Source: an uncultured Planctomycetales bacterium (GTDB lineage: Bacteria > Planctomycetota > Phycisphaerae > UBA1845 > Fen-1342). Taken from it: a stretch of 64,000 nucleotides of DNA. The stretch lies in contig CAYNYG010000001.1 in assembly GCA_964401365.1 (NCBI GenBank), positions 139,254 through 203,253 of the forward strand, in the 5' to 3' direction. Shown here piece after piece: positions 1 to 8,580 of the stretch. The translations under genes and the position numbers were made by a program. The number at the start of each line of letters is the position of its first letter. Within the stretch, counting starts at the first letter, position 1. The notes beneath the pieces are model-generated. The model saw only the letters and a list, made by a program, of their open reading frames with translations, ran no database searches and had not been told where the DNA came from.

Positions 1-1755
1 GGCCGGTGCCGGACGGGACGCGTCCGGTTTCCCGCCCGGCGCGGCATTGGCGGGCGCCGGCTTGGCCGCCGACGGGGGCGCGGTATCGGGTGCGGCGCAC
101 GGCGCCTCGGCCGCCGAAGGGGGCGCTGGGGTCGCCGCACGCGTCGTGGCGCCCTCCGGCCCACGAGCCGCCACACCGGCGGCCGCGTTCGCCGGCGGTG
201 TGCTGAACAGTCTCGTCGCGGACTTGAGCGCCGTTCGGGCCTTCTCGAATTTCTGCTGCTTGGCGTCGAATTCCTCGCGCTCCTCGCGCAGCTCCTCGGC
301 CCGCAAGTCCAGGTCCGCCGCGCGTGCGTCCAGCTCCTCGGCCCGCCGGGCCAGCGCCTCGCTCCGCGAGGCGTGCTGCTGCGCTGCGGACTCGATCTCG
401 CTGCGCTGGGCCTCGATCTCCGCCGCAGCCCGTCTTGCTTGCCCGAGCTGCGACTCGACGGCGGCCGCCTGCGCATCGAGCTCGGCCGCGCGGCGTTCGA
501 CCTGGGCCATTCGTTCGGCGCCCTCGGCTTGCAGCTTCTGAGCGGCAGCGCGAGCCTCTTCCACCTCGCGTCGCAGAGCGTCGAGCTCCGCGCGTCCCGC
601 CTCGATCGCGGACCGCTCCTGGTCGAGCAGTTCGGTCAACTCCTGCTGACTCTTTTCGCTGGCGGCGAGCTGCGCTTCGCGCTCGCGAATCGCAGCTTCC
701 CGCGCGTCGATCGCTTCGCGCGCCTGCTCGATCTCACGCCGCTGCGGTTCCAGAGCCGCACGCTGTGCCTCCACCTCGGCCAGCCGCGCCCCGTGCTCGC
801 GCTCCAGCGCCTCGAGCTGCGCACGCCGCTCGTGGAATTCGGCCTCGCGCGCGGCGAGCGCCTGTTCGCGCTGCGCCATCGCGTTCCGCGCCTGCTCGAC
901 CTCGCTCGTAAGGGACTCGAGTTGCGCCTCGCGGGCCGCCAGCAGCTCGGTCTGCTCGTCGAGCTTGCGCCGCGATGACGCCATGGCCGCGTGCAACGTC
1001 GCGATCGTCTGTTCGATGTCCTCCAGGTCGGCGTCGATCACCACCGGCAGTTCGGGCATCGTCTCCGTGCACCGCGCGGGCGGCGTTGCGTCGGGCGGCC
1101 TCGATCCCGACCACTCCACCGACAGAGTTTCGTCCCCCACCTCGATCCGGTCCCCGTGCCGAAGCCACGTCAGCGTCACCGGACGCCCGTTGACGGTGGT
1201 CCCCCCGCGGCTTCCCAGATCGAACACGGCCGCGCACCCGGCCACCTCCAGCACCAGCGCGTGCGCCAGCGACACGTCCGGGTGGTCGACGTGGACGTCG
1301 CAGTTCGTCCGGCGACCGATCAGCGATACCGGCGCCACAAGCTGGTGCCGCTCCTGCGCGCCGACCAGGCACAGCGCGTGCGGCAGGCGCGGTTCATCGT
1401 CGCGCGGAAAGCCCCCCTGAATGGACACCGTCAGCAACCGCCCGGCGATGCGCACCGTGTCCCCGTCCACGACGCTCCGCAGCTTGATCGGATCGTCGTT
1501 GACGAACGTCCCGGTCCGACTGTTCAGGTCGAACAGGTACACCTGCCGCCCGCTATTGACCAGCGCCGCATGCACCTTCGAGCAGTCGGCGTGCTCGATC
1601 GCAACGTCGCAGTCGCGGCGGCTTCCGATGATCGCCACCGCACGCGTCATCTCGAACGCCTTGCCGCGGCCCGCGTCCGCCGCGCGCAGCACCACCCGCG
1701 GCGCATCGTCCGGTAACGTGACGGGAATTGCAGGCGTCGTGTCCGTCGCGTTCAT
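1..1755 (-). CDS. Double FHA-domain protein with a long coiled-coil C-terminal region (partial; the C-terminus runs off the window start)
   Basis: Minus-strand translation from ATG near 1755 gives MNATDTTPAIPVTLPDD, then two FHA-like cores (VAIIGSRRDCDVAIEHADCSKVHAALVNSGRQVYLFDLNSRTGTFVND and AHALVLEVAGCAAVFDLGSRGGTTVNGRPVTLTWLRHGDRIEVGD), then hundreds of residues of heptad-like REAQLEALERE repeats. The ORF track misses it because it has no in-window stop. The plus-strand ORFs 373..978 and 991..1716 are its antisense. Confidence 0.7.
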   Translation of the reverse strand, partial: MNATDTTPAIPVTLPDDAPRVVLRAADAGRGKAFEMTRAVAIIGSRRDCDVAIEHADCSKVHAALVNSGRQVYLFDLNSRTGTFVNDDPIKLRSVVDGDTVRIAGRLLTVSIQGGFPRDDEPRLPHALCLVGAQERHQLVAPVSLIGRRTNCDVHVDHPDVSLAHALVLEVAGCAAVFDLGSRGGTTVNGRPVTLTWLRHGDRIEVGDETLSVEWSGSRPPDATPPARCTETMPELPVVIDADLEDIEQTIATLHAAMASSRRKLDEQTELLAAREAQLESLTSEVEQARNAMAQREQALAAREAEFHERRAQLEALEREHGARLAEVEAQRAALEPQRREIEQAREAIDAREAAIREREAQLAASEKSQQELTELLDQERSAIEAGRAELDALRREVEEARAAAQKLQAEGAERMAQVERRAAELDAQAAAVESQLGQARRAAAEIEAQRSEIESAAQQHASRSEALARRAEELDARAADLDLRAEELREEREEFDAKQQKFEKARTALKSATRLFSTPPANAAAGVAARGPEGATTRAATPAPPSAAEAPCAAPDTAPPSAAKPAPANAAPGGKPDASRPAPA

Positions 1756-1869
1756 GCGACCGATAAACTCCAGAAGGGCCAGCCGCGTCGCGGACCTCCG
1801 CCCGCGCTGGCGCAAGGGTACCCCCTTGAGTATCGGAAACCGCTCCGGCAACCGCCAAACGATTCCGTT

Positions 1870-2444
1870 TCAGCGGTTGTACGGGTACTCGCTGATCCAG
1901 TGGAAACCCCGCAACATCAGCACGCCGTCACCGGCCGGGACGGGCCGCAGCCGCGTCACGAGCTGCATGCCGAGCAGCTCACCACGAAGCTCCAGCTTCC
2001 CGTCCGCGTCGCGATCGTAGTTCAGGCGGACGGCGTGCGCCGGGTCCAGCCGCGGCGTGAGCGTCAACGTTCGCGACTTCGCGTCGTCGGCCATCGGGAA
2101 CCGCTCCAGGCTGTCGTCCATCTTCTGCGCCGCCAGGCGCCCGTAGCGCGTCACGACCACGCGGCGACAGCGCAGCGGGTCCGTCGTCACCGGCGCGAGC
2201 TCGCGCTCGTCGAAAGCGAATCGCTCCACCTCGTACAGCCCATACAGCGCCGGCCGGGCGCACCGTCGCCCCACCGCGACCACACCTGCATCGCGCCCAG
2301 CACGGCCGGAATCACGCTGAATCCGATGAACGCCACCTTGGCCACCTGCGCCGCGACCAACAGCCCGCGGTTCTGGAGCACGCGCCCCGGCGCGGCACGC
2401 CCGAACGGCGTGCCACTCGACCGGGCCGGCTGGGGCGCGTCCAT
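1870..2444 (-). CDS. Hypothetical membrane protein, apparently frameshifted (possible pseudogene or sequencing error)
   Basis: ATG at 2442..2444 is preceded by a strong GAGGAGG RBS. It encodes MDAPQPARSSGTPFGRAAPGRVLQNRGLLVAAQVAKVAFIGFSVIPAVLGAMQVW (TM helix) and reaches a stop at 2187. A different frame covering 1870..~2290 encodes protein-like ALYGLYEVERFAFDERELAPVTTDPLRCRRVVVTRYGRLAAQKMDDSLERF...GFHWISEYPYNR. The frames appear to switch near 2270-2290. Confidence 0.4.
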
Positions 2445-2570
2445 GGTCCTCCTCACTTGGGCCGATGCGAACGCGGGAAGTGTGGCCACGGGCGGCCGCA
2501 GCGCAGTCACAGCCCCGCACGCAGCGTAGAATGCGCTGTCGCGGTCCGATGGGCCGTGCGGGAGTCGTCG

Positions 2571-4919
2571 ATGTTGCGAGCCTGGGACGGGTTGGGCGGC
2601 GTCGTGGTTCTGTCCGTCCTGGCGGGCGGGCTTACCGCGTCGCCGGCGCGGGCTCGTGCGGCGGGTACGGGCGTCGAGAAGCCGAACATCCTGGTGTACA
2701 TGATCGACACGCTGCGGGCCGACGAGCTCGGCTGCTACGGGGCGCGCGTGACGAAGACACCCGCGATCGACCGCTTTGCCAGCCAGGGGGCGCTGTTCGT
2801 GAACGCGCACTCGGCGGCACCGGCCACGCGCCCGTCCATCGCGTCGTTCTTCACGGGGGTCCCGTCGCCGGCCCATGGCCTGGAAAAGAACCTGATCGGG
2901 TTCCTGCCGAAGGAGCCGGGCGGGCTGCCGCGGGTCCACGAACTGCTCAAAGAGCAGGGTTACTACACGGTGGGCATCGTCGCCAACCCGAACGTGGACG
3001 CGTTCTTCGGCTTCGCGCGCGGGTGGGACGCTTACCACGGGCTGTACGAGCGCAAGCCGCTGCCCGGGCAGCCCGCGCCGCGCTCGGGAGACCTGGTGAC
3101 CACGGCCGACATGATCGTCGACCGCGTGCGCGAGGAGATCGAAAAGGCGCCCAAGGACCGACCGTTCTACATCTACGTGCTGAGCATCGACCCGCACGAT
3201 CCCTACACCCCGCCCGCCCCTTACGACACGATGTACGACCCGGACGCCGACGGACAGCGCGACGGCAGCATCGACGTGCTCCAGAAGCAGTTCGACGCGG
3301 CGGTGAAGGAGGGTCGCCCCCCGACGCCCACGGTCGAGCGGATTCGATCGCTCTACCGCGGAGAAGTCAGCTTCGCCGATGCGCACTTCGGCCGGCTGAT
3401 GGACTGGATGATGGAGCGCGGTTTGCTCGACCGCACGCTGGTTGCGCTCACCGCCGACCACGGCGAGGAGTTCCTGGAGCACGGTCGCCGCGGGCACGGC
3501 CACACGCTGTTTCAGGAGCAGCTCCACGTGCCGCTGGTCGTTCGCCATCCGGGCAGCTTTGCGCCGCTGCGCGTCGAAGAGCCCGTCTCGCTGCTCGACC
3601 TCAGCGCGACCCTGGTCCTGGTGGGCGGCGGGCAGAAGCCCGGCTTCTGGACCGGACGCGACTTGCGCGGCACGTTTCGGCCGGCGACGATCTTCGCGGC
3701 CCAGAACAGCGTGGACGGGCTGCGGCGGGCGGTCCGCTTCGGCGAGGAGAAGCTGATCCGCGACGAAAAGTCGGGCAGGCAGGACGCGTACGACCTAGCG
3801 GCCGATCCGGGCGAGCAGCACCCGATTCAGGGCGAAGGCAAGCGTCGTGCCGACCGGGCGCTGGGTGGTCAGTTGCGCAAGTTTCAGGAAGCCAACCGGG
3901 ACGTCTTCGACACCTACGCGCGGCGCGGCGCGGAAGCCCGGCCCGATTCGACGCCTGACGAGCTGATCCGCAAGCTCAAGGCGCTGGGGTATGTCGGGGA
4001 AGAGCCCGAAGCCGCGCCCGGGGGTGGCCCGGCGTCGCAGCCGGCCTCGCGCTCGGGCGTCGGCGGAAGGGGCGCCCCGCCGCTGGCGGGTGGCGCGGAT
4101 GCGCCGCCGGCGTGGCAGCGCGGCGCGGGACTGGACCTGATTCCCACGCTGCTGGGCCTGTGGACCTGCGGACTGCTGCTGGGCGCCACCTGCCTGCCGC
4201 AGCGCCAGGTGGCCTGGGTGTTCTGGCGGTTCCTGGTGCTGCTGGTGCTGGCCGCGTCGGCCGCACTGGCGATGTTCGTGGCGTTCGACCGGGACGGATT
4301 GTCGCGCTGGCTCGGGTGGGGCGTCGGCGCCGCGCTTGCAGCAGGCGGGGCGATGTGGCTGGGAGCGTTGCTGCGGACGGGCGGCCAGCCGCTCGGGCCG
4401 GTTGCCGGGCGTGTCGGCCCGGTCGTGGCCGGAGTCGGAGTGGCGGTGGCAACGTATCAGTTCGCCACGCAGGCGGGGATTCTGCCCTTGCAGCTTGCCG
4501 CCACCCAGGCTGCCGCGCTGGCCGCGGCCGCCCTCGTCATTGGAGCCGGAAGCCTGGCCGCCATGCTCGGACACGCCTACTTGACCGCCAAAGCGATGCC
4601 CATTGGTCCGCTGCGCCGGATCGTGGGTGTGTACGGCGTGGCGGGCGCCGCGCACGCGGTGCTGGGCATCGCGGTCTGCTGGCCGCTTCTGGGCGCCGGT
4701 TCGGGCGGCTGGGTCGATCCTTTCTGGTTCGCCGTTGCGCTCCTGTATGCCGTCGGCGGGCTCGCGGCTCCGGTAGCCTTCGCCATCATGGCGTGGCAGT
4801 CCGTCCTCGTCCGCAACACGCAAAGCACGACCGGGATCATGTACTTCGCCATGGTGACCAACTTCGCCGGCACGCTGGCGCTGTGCTTCCTCCTGCGTTC
4901 CACGGGGGGGGCCGCTTGA
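2571..4919 (+). CDS. Alkaline-phosphatase-superfamily (sulfatase-fold) enzyme with signal peptide, fused to a C-terminal polytopic membrane domain
   Basis: Signal peptide MLRAWDGLGGVVVLSVLAGGLTASPARA. Sulfatase-fold motifs NILVYMIDTLRADELGCYGA, TKTPAIDRFASQGALFVNAHSAAPATRPSIASFFTG and LTADHGEEFLEHGRRGHGHTLFQEQLHVPLVV. Residues ~540-820 form 6-7 predicted TM helices (LVLLVLAASAALAMFVAF, AVALLYAVGGLAAPVAFAIMAW and others). It is a single 820-codon ORF in the track; I placed the start at ATG 2571 by signal-peptide logic. Confidence 0.8.
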   Translation: MLRAWDGLGGVVVLSVLAGGLTASPARARAAGTGVEKPNILVYMIDTLRADELGCYGARVTKTPAIDRFASQGALFVNAHSAAPATRPSIASFFTGVPSPAHGLEKNLIGFLPKEPGGLPRVHELLKEQGYYTVGIVANPNVDAFFGFARGWDAYHGLYERKPLPGQPAPRSGDLVTTADMIVDRVREEIEKAPKDRPFYIYVLSIDPHDPYTPPAPYDTMYDPDADGQRDGSIDVLQKQFDAAVKEGRPPTPTVERIRSLYRGEVSFADAHFGRLMDWMMERGLLDRTLVALTADHGEEFLEHGRRGHGHTLFQEQLHVPLVVRHPGSFAPLRVEEPVSLLDLSATLVLVGGGQKPGFWTGRDLRGTFRPATIFAAQNSVDGLRRAVRFGEEKLIRDEKSGRQDAYDLAADPGEQHPIQGEGKRRADRALGGQLRKFQEANRDVFDTYARRGAEARPDSTPDELIRKLKALGYVGEEPEAAPGGGPASQPASRSGVGGRGAPPLAGGADAPPAWQRGAGLDLIPTLLGLWTCGLLLGATCLPQRQVAWVFWRFLVLLVLAASAALAMFVAFDRDGLSRWLGWGVGAALAAGGAMWLGALLRTGGQPLGPVAGRVGPVVAGVGVAVATYQFATQAGILPLQLAATQAAALAAAALVIGAGSLAAMLGHAYLTAKAMPIGPLRRIVGVYGVAGAAHAVLGIAVCWPLLGAGSGGWVDPFWFAVALLYAVGGLAAPVAFAIMAWQSVLVRNTQSTTGIMYFAMVTNFAGTLALCFLLRSTGGAA

Positions 4920-5362
4920 CACAGGCGCCGATCCGGCTTCGGTTGCACTGCCCGCACTGCCCGGCTCACATCGACTGTTTCTGGCAGCCGGACGGCGGGC
5001 TGGTCTGTCCGCGCTGCCGCGCCGCCATCGCGCTGCGCGCCGGCGACGCGGCGCATCGGGAACGTCGGCTGGACGCCTGCGCCGTGTGCGGGTCGACCGA
5101 GCTCTACCGCCGCAAGGACTTTCCGCAGGGCCTGGGCCTGGCGATCGTGGTGGTCGCCGCGTGCCTGTCGTTCATTCTGCTTACGCGGTACTGGTTCGCC
5201 GCCTGGGGCGTGTTGCTGGCGGCGGTCGCCTTGGACGTGCTGCTGTACGTGGTCGTCGGGATGGTGACGTGCTGCTACCGCTGCAAGAGCGAGTACCGCG
5301 GCCTGGCCCGCGACGACCGGCACGGCGCCTTCGATCTGGCCACGGCGGAGAAGTACATCTGA
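4916..5362 (+). CDS. Zinc-ribbon membrane protein (hypothetical), overlapping the upstream gene
   Basis: A TTG start overlaps the TGA of the upstream gene (TTGA). Product LTQAPIRLRLHCPHCPAHIDCFWQPDGGLVCPRCRAAIALR...CAVCGSTELYRRKDF has two CxxC pairs, two TM helices and CCYRCKSEY. The real-looking sequence begins only near the end of the long track ORF 4112..5362. Confidence 0.5.
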   Translation: MTQAPIRLRLHCPHCPAHIDCFWQPDGGLVCPRCRAAIALRAGDAAHRERRLDACAVCGSTELYRRKDFPQGLGLAIVVVAACLSFILLTRYWFAAWGVLLAAVALDVLLYVVVGMVTCCYRCKSEYRGLARDDRHGAFDLATAEKYI

Positions 5363-5378
5363 CGCGGAGCGCGGCTGG

Positions 5379-6248
5379 TCACTCGACGTTCTGGACCTGC
5401 TCCTTGAGGCGGTCAATCAGGCCCTTGATGTCGATGATGTGCCGCGCGATGAGCGCGTCGCCCGCCTTGGAGCCCATCGTGTTGGCTTCACGCAGCATCT
5501 CCTGCGAGATGAAGTCGAGCTTGCGCCCCGCGGGTTCGCCGCTGTTGAAGCACTCGGCAAACTGCTCCAGGTGGCTGGTGAGGCGCGCGAGCTCCTCGCT
5601 GACGTCGCTGCGTTCGGCGTAGATGCCGACCTCCTTCACCAGGTCGTCCTGCGCCAGCTTCACGCCGCTGTCGGCGATCAGCTCCTCGACCCGGGCGTGC
5701 AGGCGCTGGCGATACTCGGCCAGCATCAGCGGGATGCGCTCCGCGATCGGCGCCAGGTGCCCGCGGATCGCGTCGCAGTGCTTCCGCAGGTCGGACGCCA
5801 GCGCCCGGCCCTCCTCGGCCCGCATCGCCAGCAGCTTCCCCAGCGCCGCATCGGCCAGTTGGCTCACCACCGCCCACACGCGCTCGCGCTGCGTCTCCGA
5901 CAGCTCTTCCGGCTCGCACACGCCCGGCAGAGCCGCCAGCGACGCCAGGTCGATCGTGACGTTGTCGGCGTGCGGCGCGGCCGCGCGAAGCTGCTCGACG
6001 TAGCGCCGCACCGCGGCGGCGTTCAGCGGTGCGGCGGCGTCGGCGCCGGTGTAGCGCACGCGGAGCTGCGCCGTCACGCTCCCCCGGTTGACGCGCGCCC
6101 GCAGGAGCTTCTCCAGCTCAGGCTCGAGGAATCCCAAGTCGTCCGGCAGGCGGATCGCCGCCTTGAAGTAGCGGTTGTTGACGCTCTTCAGCTCGAAGTG
6201 ATAGTGATGCTCCCCGTCCGAAAGCGAGGCGTCGCCGAAGCCGGTCAT
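5379..6248 (-). CDS. yicC: YicC-family stress-induced protein (UPF0701)
   Basis: MTGFGDASLSDGEHHYHFELKSVNNRYFKAAIRLPDDL...C-terminal EMLREANTMGSKAGD...IIDIKGLIDRLKEQVQNVE is typical of YicC. The start is set at the internal MTGFG (ATG 6248). Confidence 0.85.
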   Translation of the reverse strand: MTGFGDASLSDGEHHYHFELKSVNNRYFKAAIRLPDDLGFLEPELEKLLRARVNRGSVTAQLRVRYTGADAAAPLNAAAVRRYVEQLRAAAPHADNVTIDLASLAALPGVCEPEELSETQRERVWAVVSQLADAALGKLLAMRAEEGRALASDLRKHCDAIRGHLAPIAERIPLMLAEYRQRLHARVEELIADSGVKLAQDDLVKEVGIYAERSDVSEELARLTSHLEQFAECFNSGEPAGRKLDFISQEMLREANTMGSKAGDALIARHIIDIKGLIDRLKEQVQNVE

Positions 6249-6306
6249 GGATCGGATCACTCGCCGCGCTCCTGGTCCGGCGGTCGCCGCCGCGGACGCG
6301 ACGCGC

Positions 6307-6675
6307 TCAGGTGGCGTCGGGAATGCAGACGACGGTGACCAGCACGCGCCCATCGTCGAGCACGCGCATGGCGCCCGTCTCCCCCTCGCCGGGCGCCGGC
6401 TCCGCGGGGGCCGGGGCCGGCTCGATGGCCGGCTCGCGGAAGACGTAGTTCAGCCCGATCGACAGGAGGATGAAAATGCCGATGCCGACCATCGTGATCC
6501 AGGTCAGCACGTCCCCGGTCTTCGATCCCAGCGCCGCGTGCGTCCCGGTCCCGCCGAACGCGCCCGACAGCCCCACGCCGCGCCCGCGCTGAAGCAGCAC
6601 GACCACGATCAGCAGAAAGCAGACCATTCCGAAGACGGTCGCGAAGATGGGGTGATACCACGCCGCCAGCATCAT
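6307..6675 (-). CDS. secG: Preprotein translocase subunit SecG
   Basis: [78 protein letters not shown]. It lies downstream of tpiA on the same strand, which is the conserved tpiA-secG arrangement. Confidence 0.8.
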   Translation of the reverse strand: MMLAAWYHPIFATVFGMVCFLLIVVVLLQRGRGVGLSGAFGGTGTHAALGSKTGDVLTWITMVGIGIFILLSIGLNYVFREPAIEPAPAPAEPAPGEGETGAMRVLDDGRVLVTVVCIPDAT

Positions 6676-6770
6676 GCAGTGCCTCGAGTTCTCACAAGTC
6701 GCCCGGACCGACCGACCCGCGGGCCTCTCGCCGGAACCGCCCGGCCCGGCGATCGGGCGAGCCATGCATG

Positions 6771-7553
6771 TTACCGCTGCGCAGGCTGGTCTGGCAACGC
6801 CGCGGCTGCGATCGCCAGGAAGCTCTCGGCCTTGAGGCTTGCGCCCCCGATCAACCCACCGTCCACGTCGGGACGCGAAAAAATGTCGCGCGCGTTTTCG
6901 GGCTTCACGCTGCCGCCGTACAGGATGCGGATGCCGCGCGCCAGGTCGGCACCCAGCAGGCGGCCCAGACGCCCGCGCAGAAACTCGTGCGCCTCCTGGG
7001 CCTGCTCCGGCGTGGCATGCAGTCCGGTGCCGATCGCCCACACCGGCTCGTACGCGACGGTCAGCGCGCTCGCGGCGGGGATCGTCGTGTCGAGCAGGGC
7101 AGACGCGAGCTGGTACCCGATGACGTCCTGCGTCCGCCCCGCTTTCCGCTGGTCGATCGTCTCACCCACGCAGAGGATCGGCGTGAGATTGGCCTGGAGC
7201 AGCGCGCGCAGCTTGAGATTGATCATGCGATCGTCTTCAAGGTGTCCGATGACGTTGCGGCGTTCGCTGTGCCCGATAATGACGAAGCGCGCCCCGGTGT
7301 CGGAGAGCATGGCGGCCGAGACCTCGCCGGTGAACGCGCCGCCGGGTTCGTGAGAGACGTCCTGTGCGCCGAGCGCGATGCCCGATCCGTCGAGCGCCTT
7401 GGCCATGGGGAACAGGTAGGGGAACGCCGGGCAGACGGCCAACTCGATCGGTCCCACCGGTCGTTGGCCCGCTTTCAGCGCCGCCACCCATTCGCGCGCC
7501 TGCGCCAGATTGAGGTTCATTTTCCAGTTGCCGACGATCAGTTTGCGTCGCAT
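6771..7553 (-). CDS. tpiA: Triose-phosphate isomerase
   Basis: [22 protein letters not shown]...VIIGHSERR...[10 protein letters not shown] matches the canonical TIM motifs. Confidence 0.9.
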   Translation of the reverse strand: MRRKLIVGNWKMNLNLAQAREWVAALKAGQRPVGPIELAVCPAFPYLFPMAKALDGSGIALGAQDVSHEPGGAFTGEVSAAMLSDTGARFVIIGHSERRNVIGHLEDDRMINLKLRALLQANLTPILCVGETIDQRKAGRTQDVIGYQLASALLDTTIPAASALTVAYEPVWAIGTGLHATPEQAQEAHEFLRGRLGRLLGADLARGIRILYGGSVKPENARDIFSRPDVDGGLIGGASLKAESFLAIAAAALPDQPAQR

Positions 7554-7905
7554 GGCCGAGCCTGGCTGGAGATATTGCGATCGGGCAGCGTACCGCCGCC
7601 CGCGGCGCGCATGTTCCCGGCGGCAGCGGCGGGCGTCAACGGTGTTTGGCCGCGCTTACTGCAAGCGCTTTCAGGCTTTGCACACCGAATATTCTGCCCG
7701 GGGGGTTGAGCGCTGCGCCCAATCGGGTAAGATCCGGGTTGGTTGGATCTGACGACCGAGTGTTAAGCCGCGATTCTGCCTCGTACAGTCCGCGCCTTGC
7801 GCCTCTCTCGCTGCTCCTACCGCTTTGGGCCGGGCGGTTCGGCCTCTTTCACAGACCCTGAAAGCAATCAAGCGGGTCACATGCCCACACTAGGGAGTTG
7901 TCCGA

Positions 7906-8235
7906 ATGGGCAAGAAGTTGTACGTCGGGAATCTGAGCTACACCGTCAGCGGCGCTGACCTCGAGGCGCTGTTCGCCTCGTACGGCACCGTCGAGTCCGC
8001 GCAGGTGATCACGGACCGCGACACCGGGCGCAGCAAAGGCTTCGCCTTTGTCGAGATGAGTTCCCCCGCCGAAGCGCAGGCGGCGATCGACGCGCTCAAC
8101 GGTCAGCAGCACGACGGTCGCACGCTGACCGTCAACGAAGCCCGCCCGAAGGAAAGCCGGCCGGGCGGCCGCGTCGGGGGAGGCGGTGGCGGACGTGGAG
8201 GCTACGGCGGCGGGGGTGGCGGCCGGCGCTACTAG
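7906..8235 (+). CDS. RRM-type RNA-binding protein with Gly-rich tail
   Basis: MGKKLYVGNLSYTVSGADLEALF...KGFAFVEM...LNGQQHDGRTLTVNEARPK carries RNP1/RNP2 motifs, followed by a GGGGGRGGYGGGGGGRRY tail. An AGGGAG RBS sits upstream. Confidence 0.85.
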   Translation: MGKKLYVGNLSYTVSGADLEALFASYGTVESAQVITDRDTGRSKGFAFVEMSSPAEAQAAIDALNGQQHDGRTLTVNEARPKESRPGGRVGGGGGGRGGYGGGGGGRRY

Positions 8236-8580
8236 GCGAGCGCCAGTACCCCACCCGCAGGTTCGGGCACGCCAAGCCACGGCGAGGCGGCCCTCCTGAT
8301 CGACCGATCACCAGGAGCGGCGGTGCGCAACTCGTGCCGCCGCTTGTCGTTGGATACGAACCCGGCGGCCGTCGTCCCGGACTCGCGACCAACCGGCCCG
8401 GGCGTCGACCGAAGCGTACGGACCAGTTCGGCCTAGTCAGAAGCAGCGCGCGCGGCTACTATCTCAATCTGAATTCCAACTCCGCGCGGCGGTCCGAACC
8501 AACGGGCGACCACGACGGACAGCCGCCTTCCGGCCACGAGGTTTCGCGCGACGGCGGGCGGCCGGAGACCTACACGGACC

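Noticed and set aside
373-978. Plus-strand ORFs (also 47..541, 991..1716) with repetitive Leu/Arg sequence
   Set aside because: They are antisense to the minus-strand FHA coiled-coil gene, whose FHA motifs make the minus frame the real one.
2187-3548. 453-aa minus ORF overlapping the sulfatase-like gene
   Set aside because: It is antisense to a gene with strong sulfatase-fold motifs. Only its extreme 3' 85 codons (2187..2444) look real, and those are used in the frameshifted-gene call.
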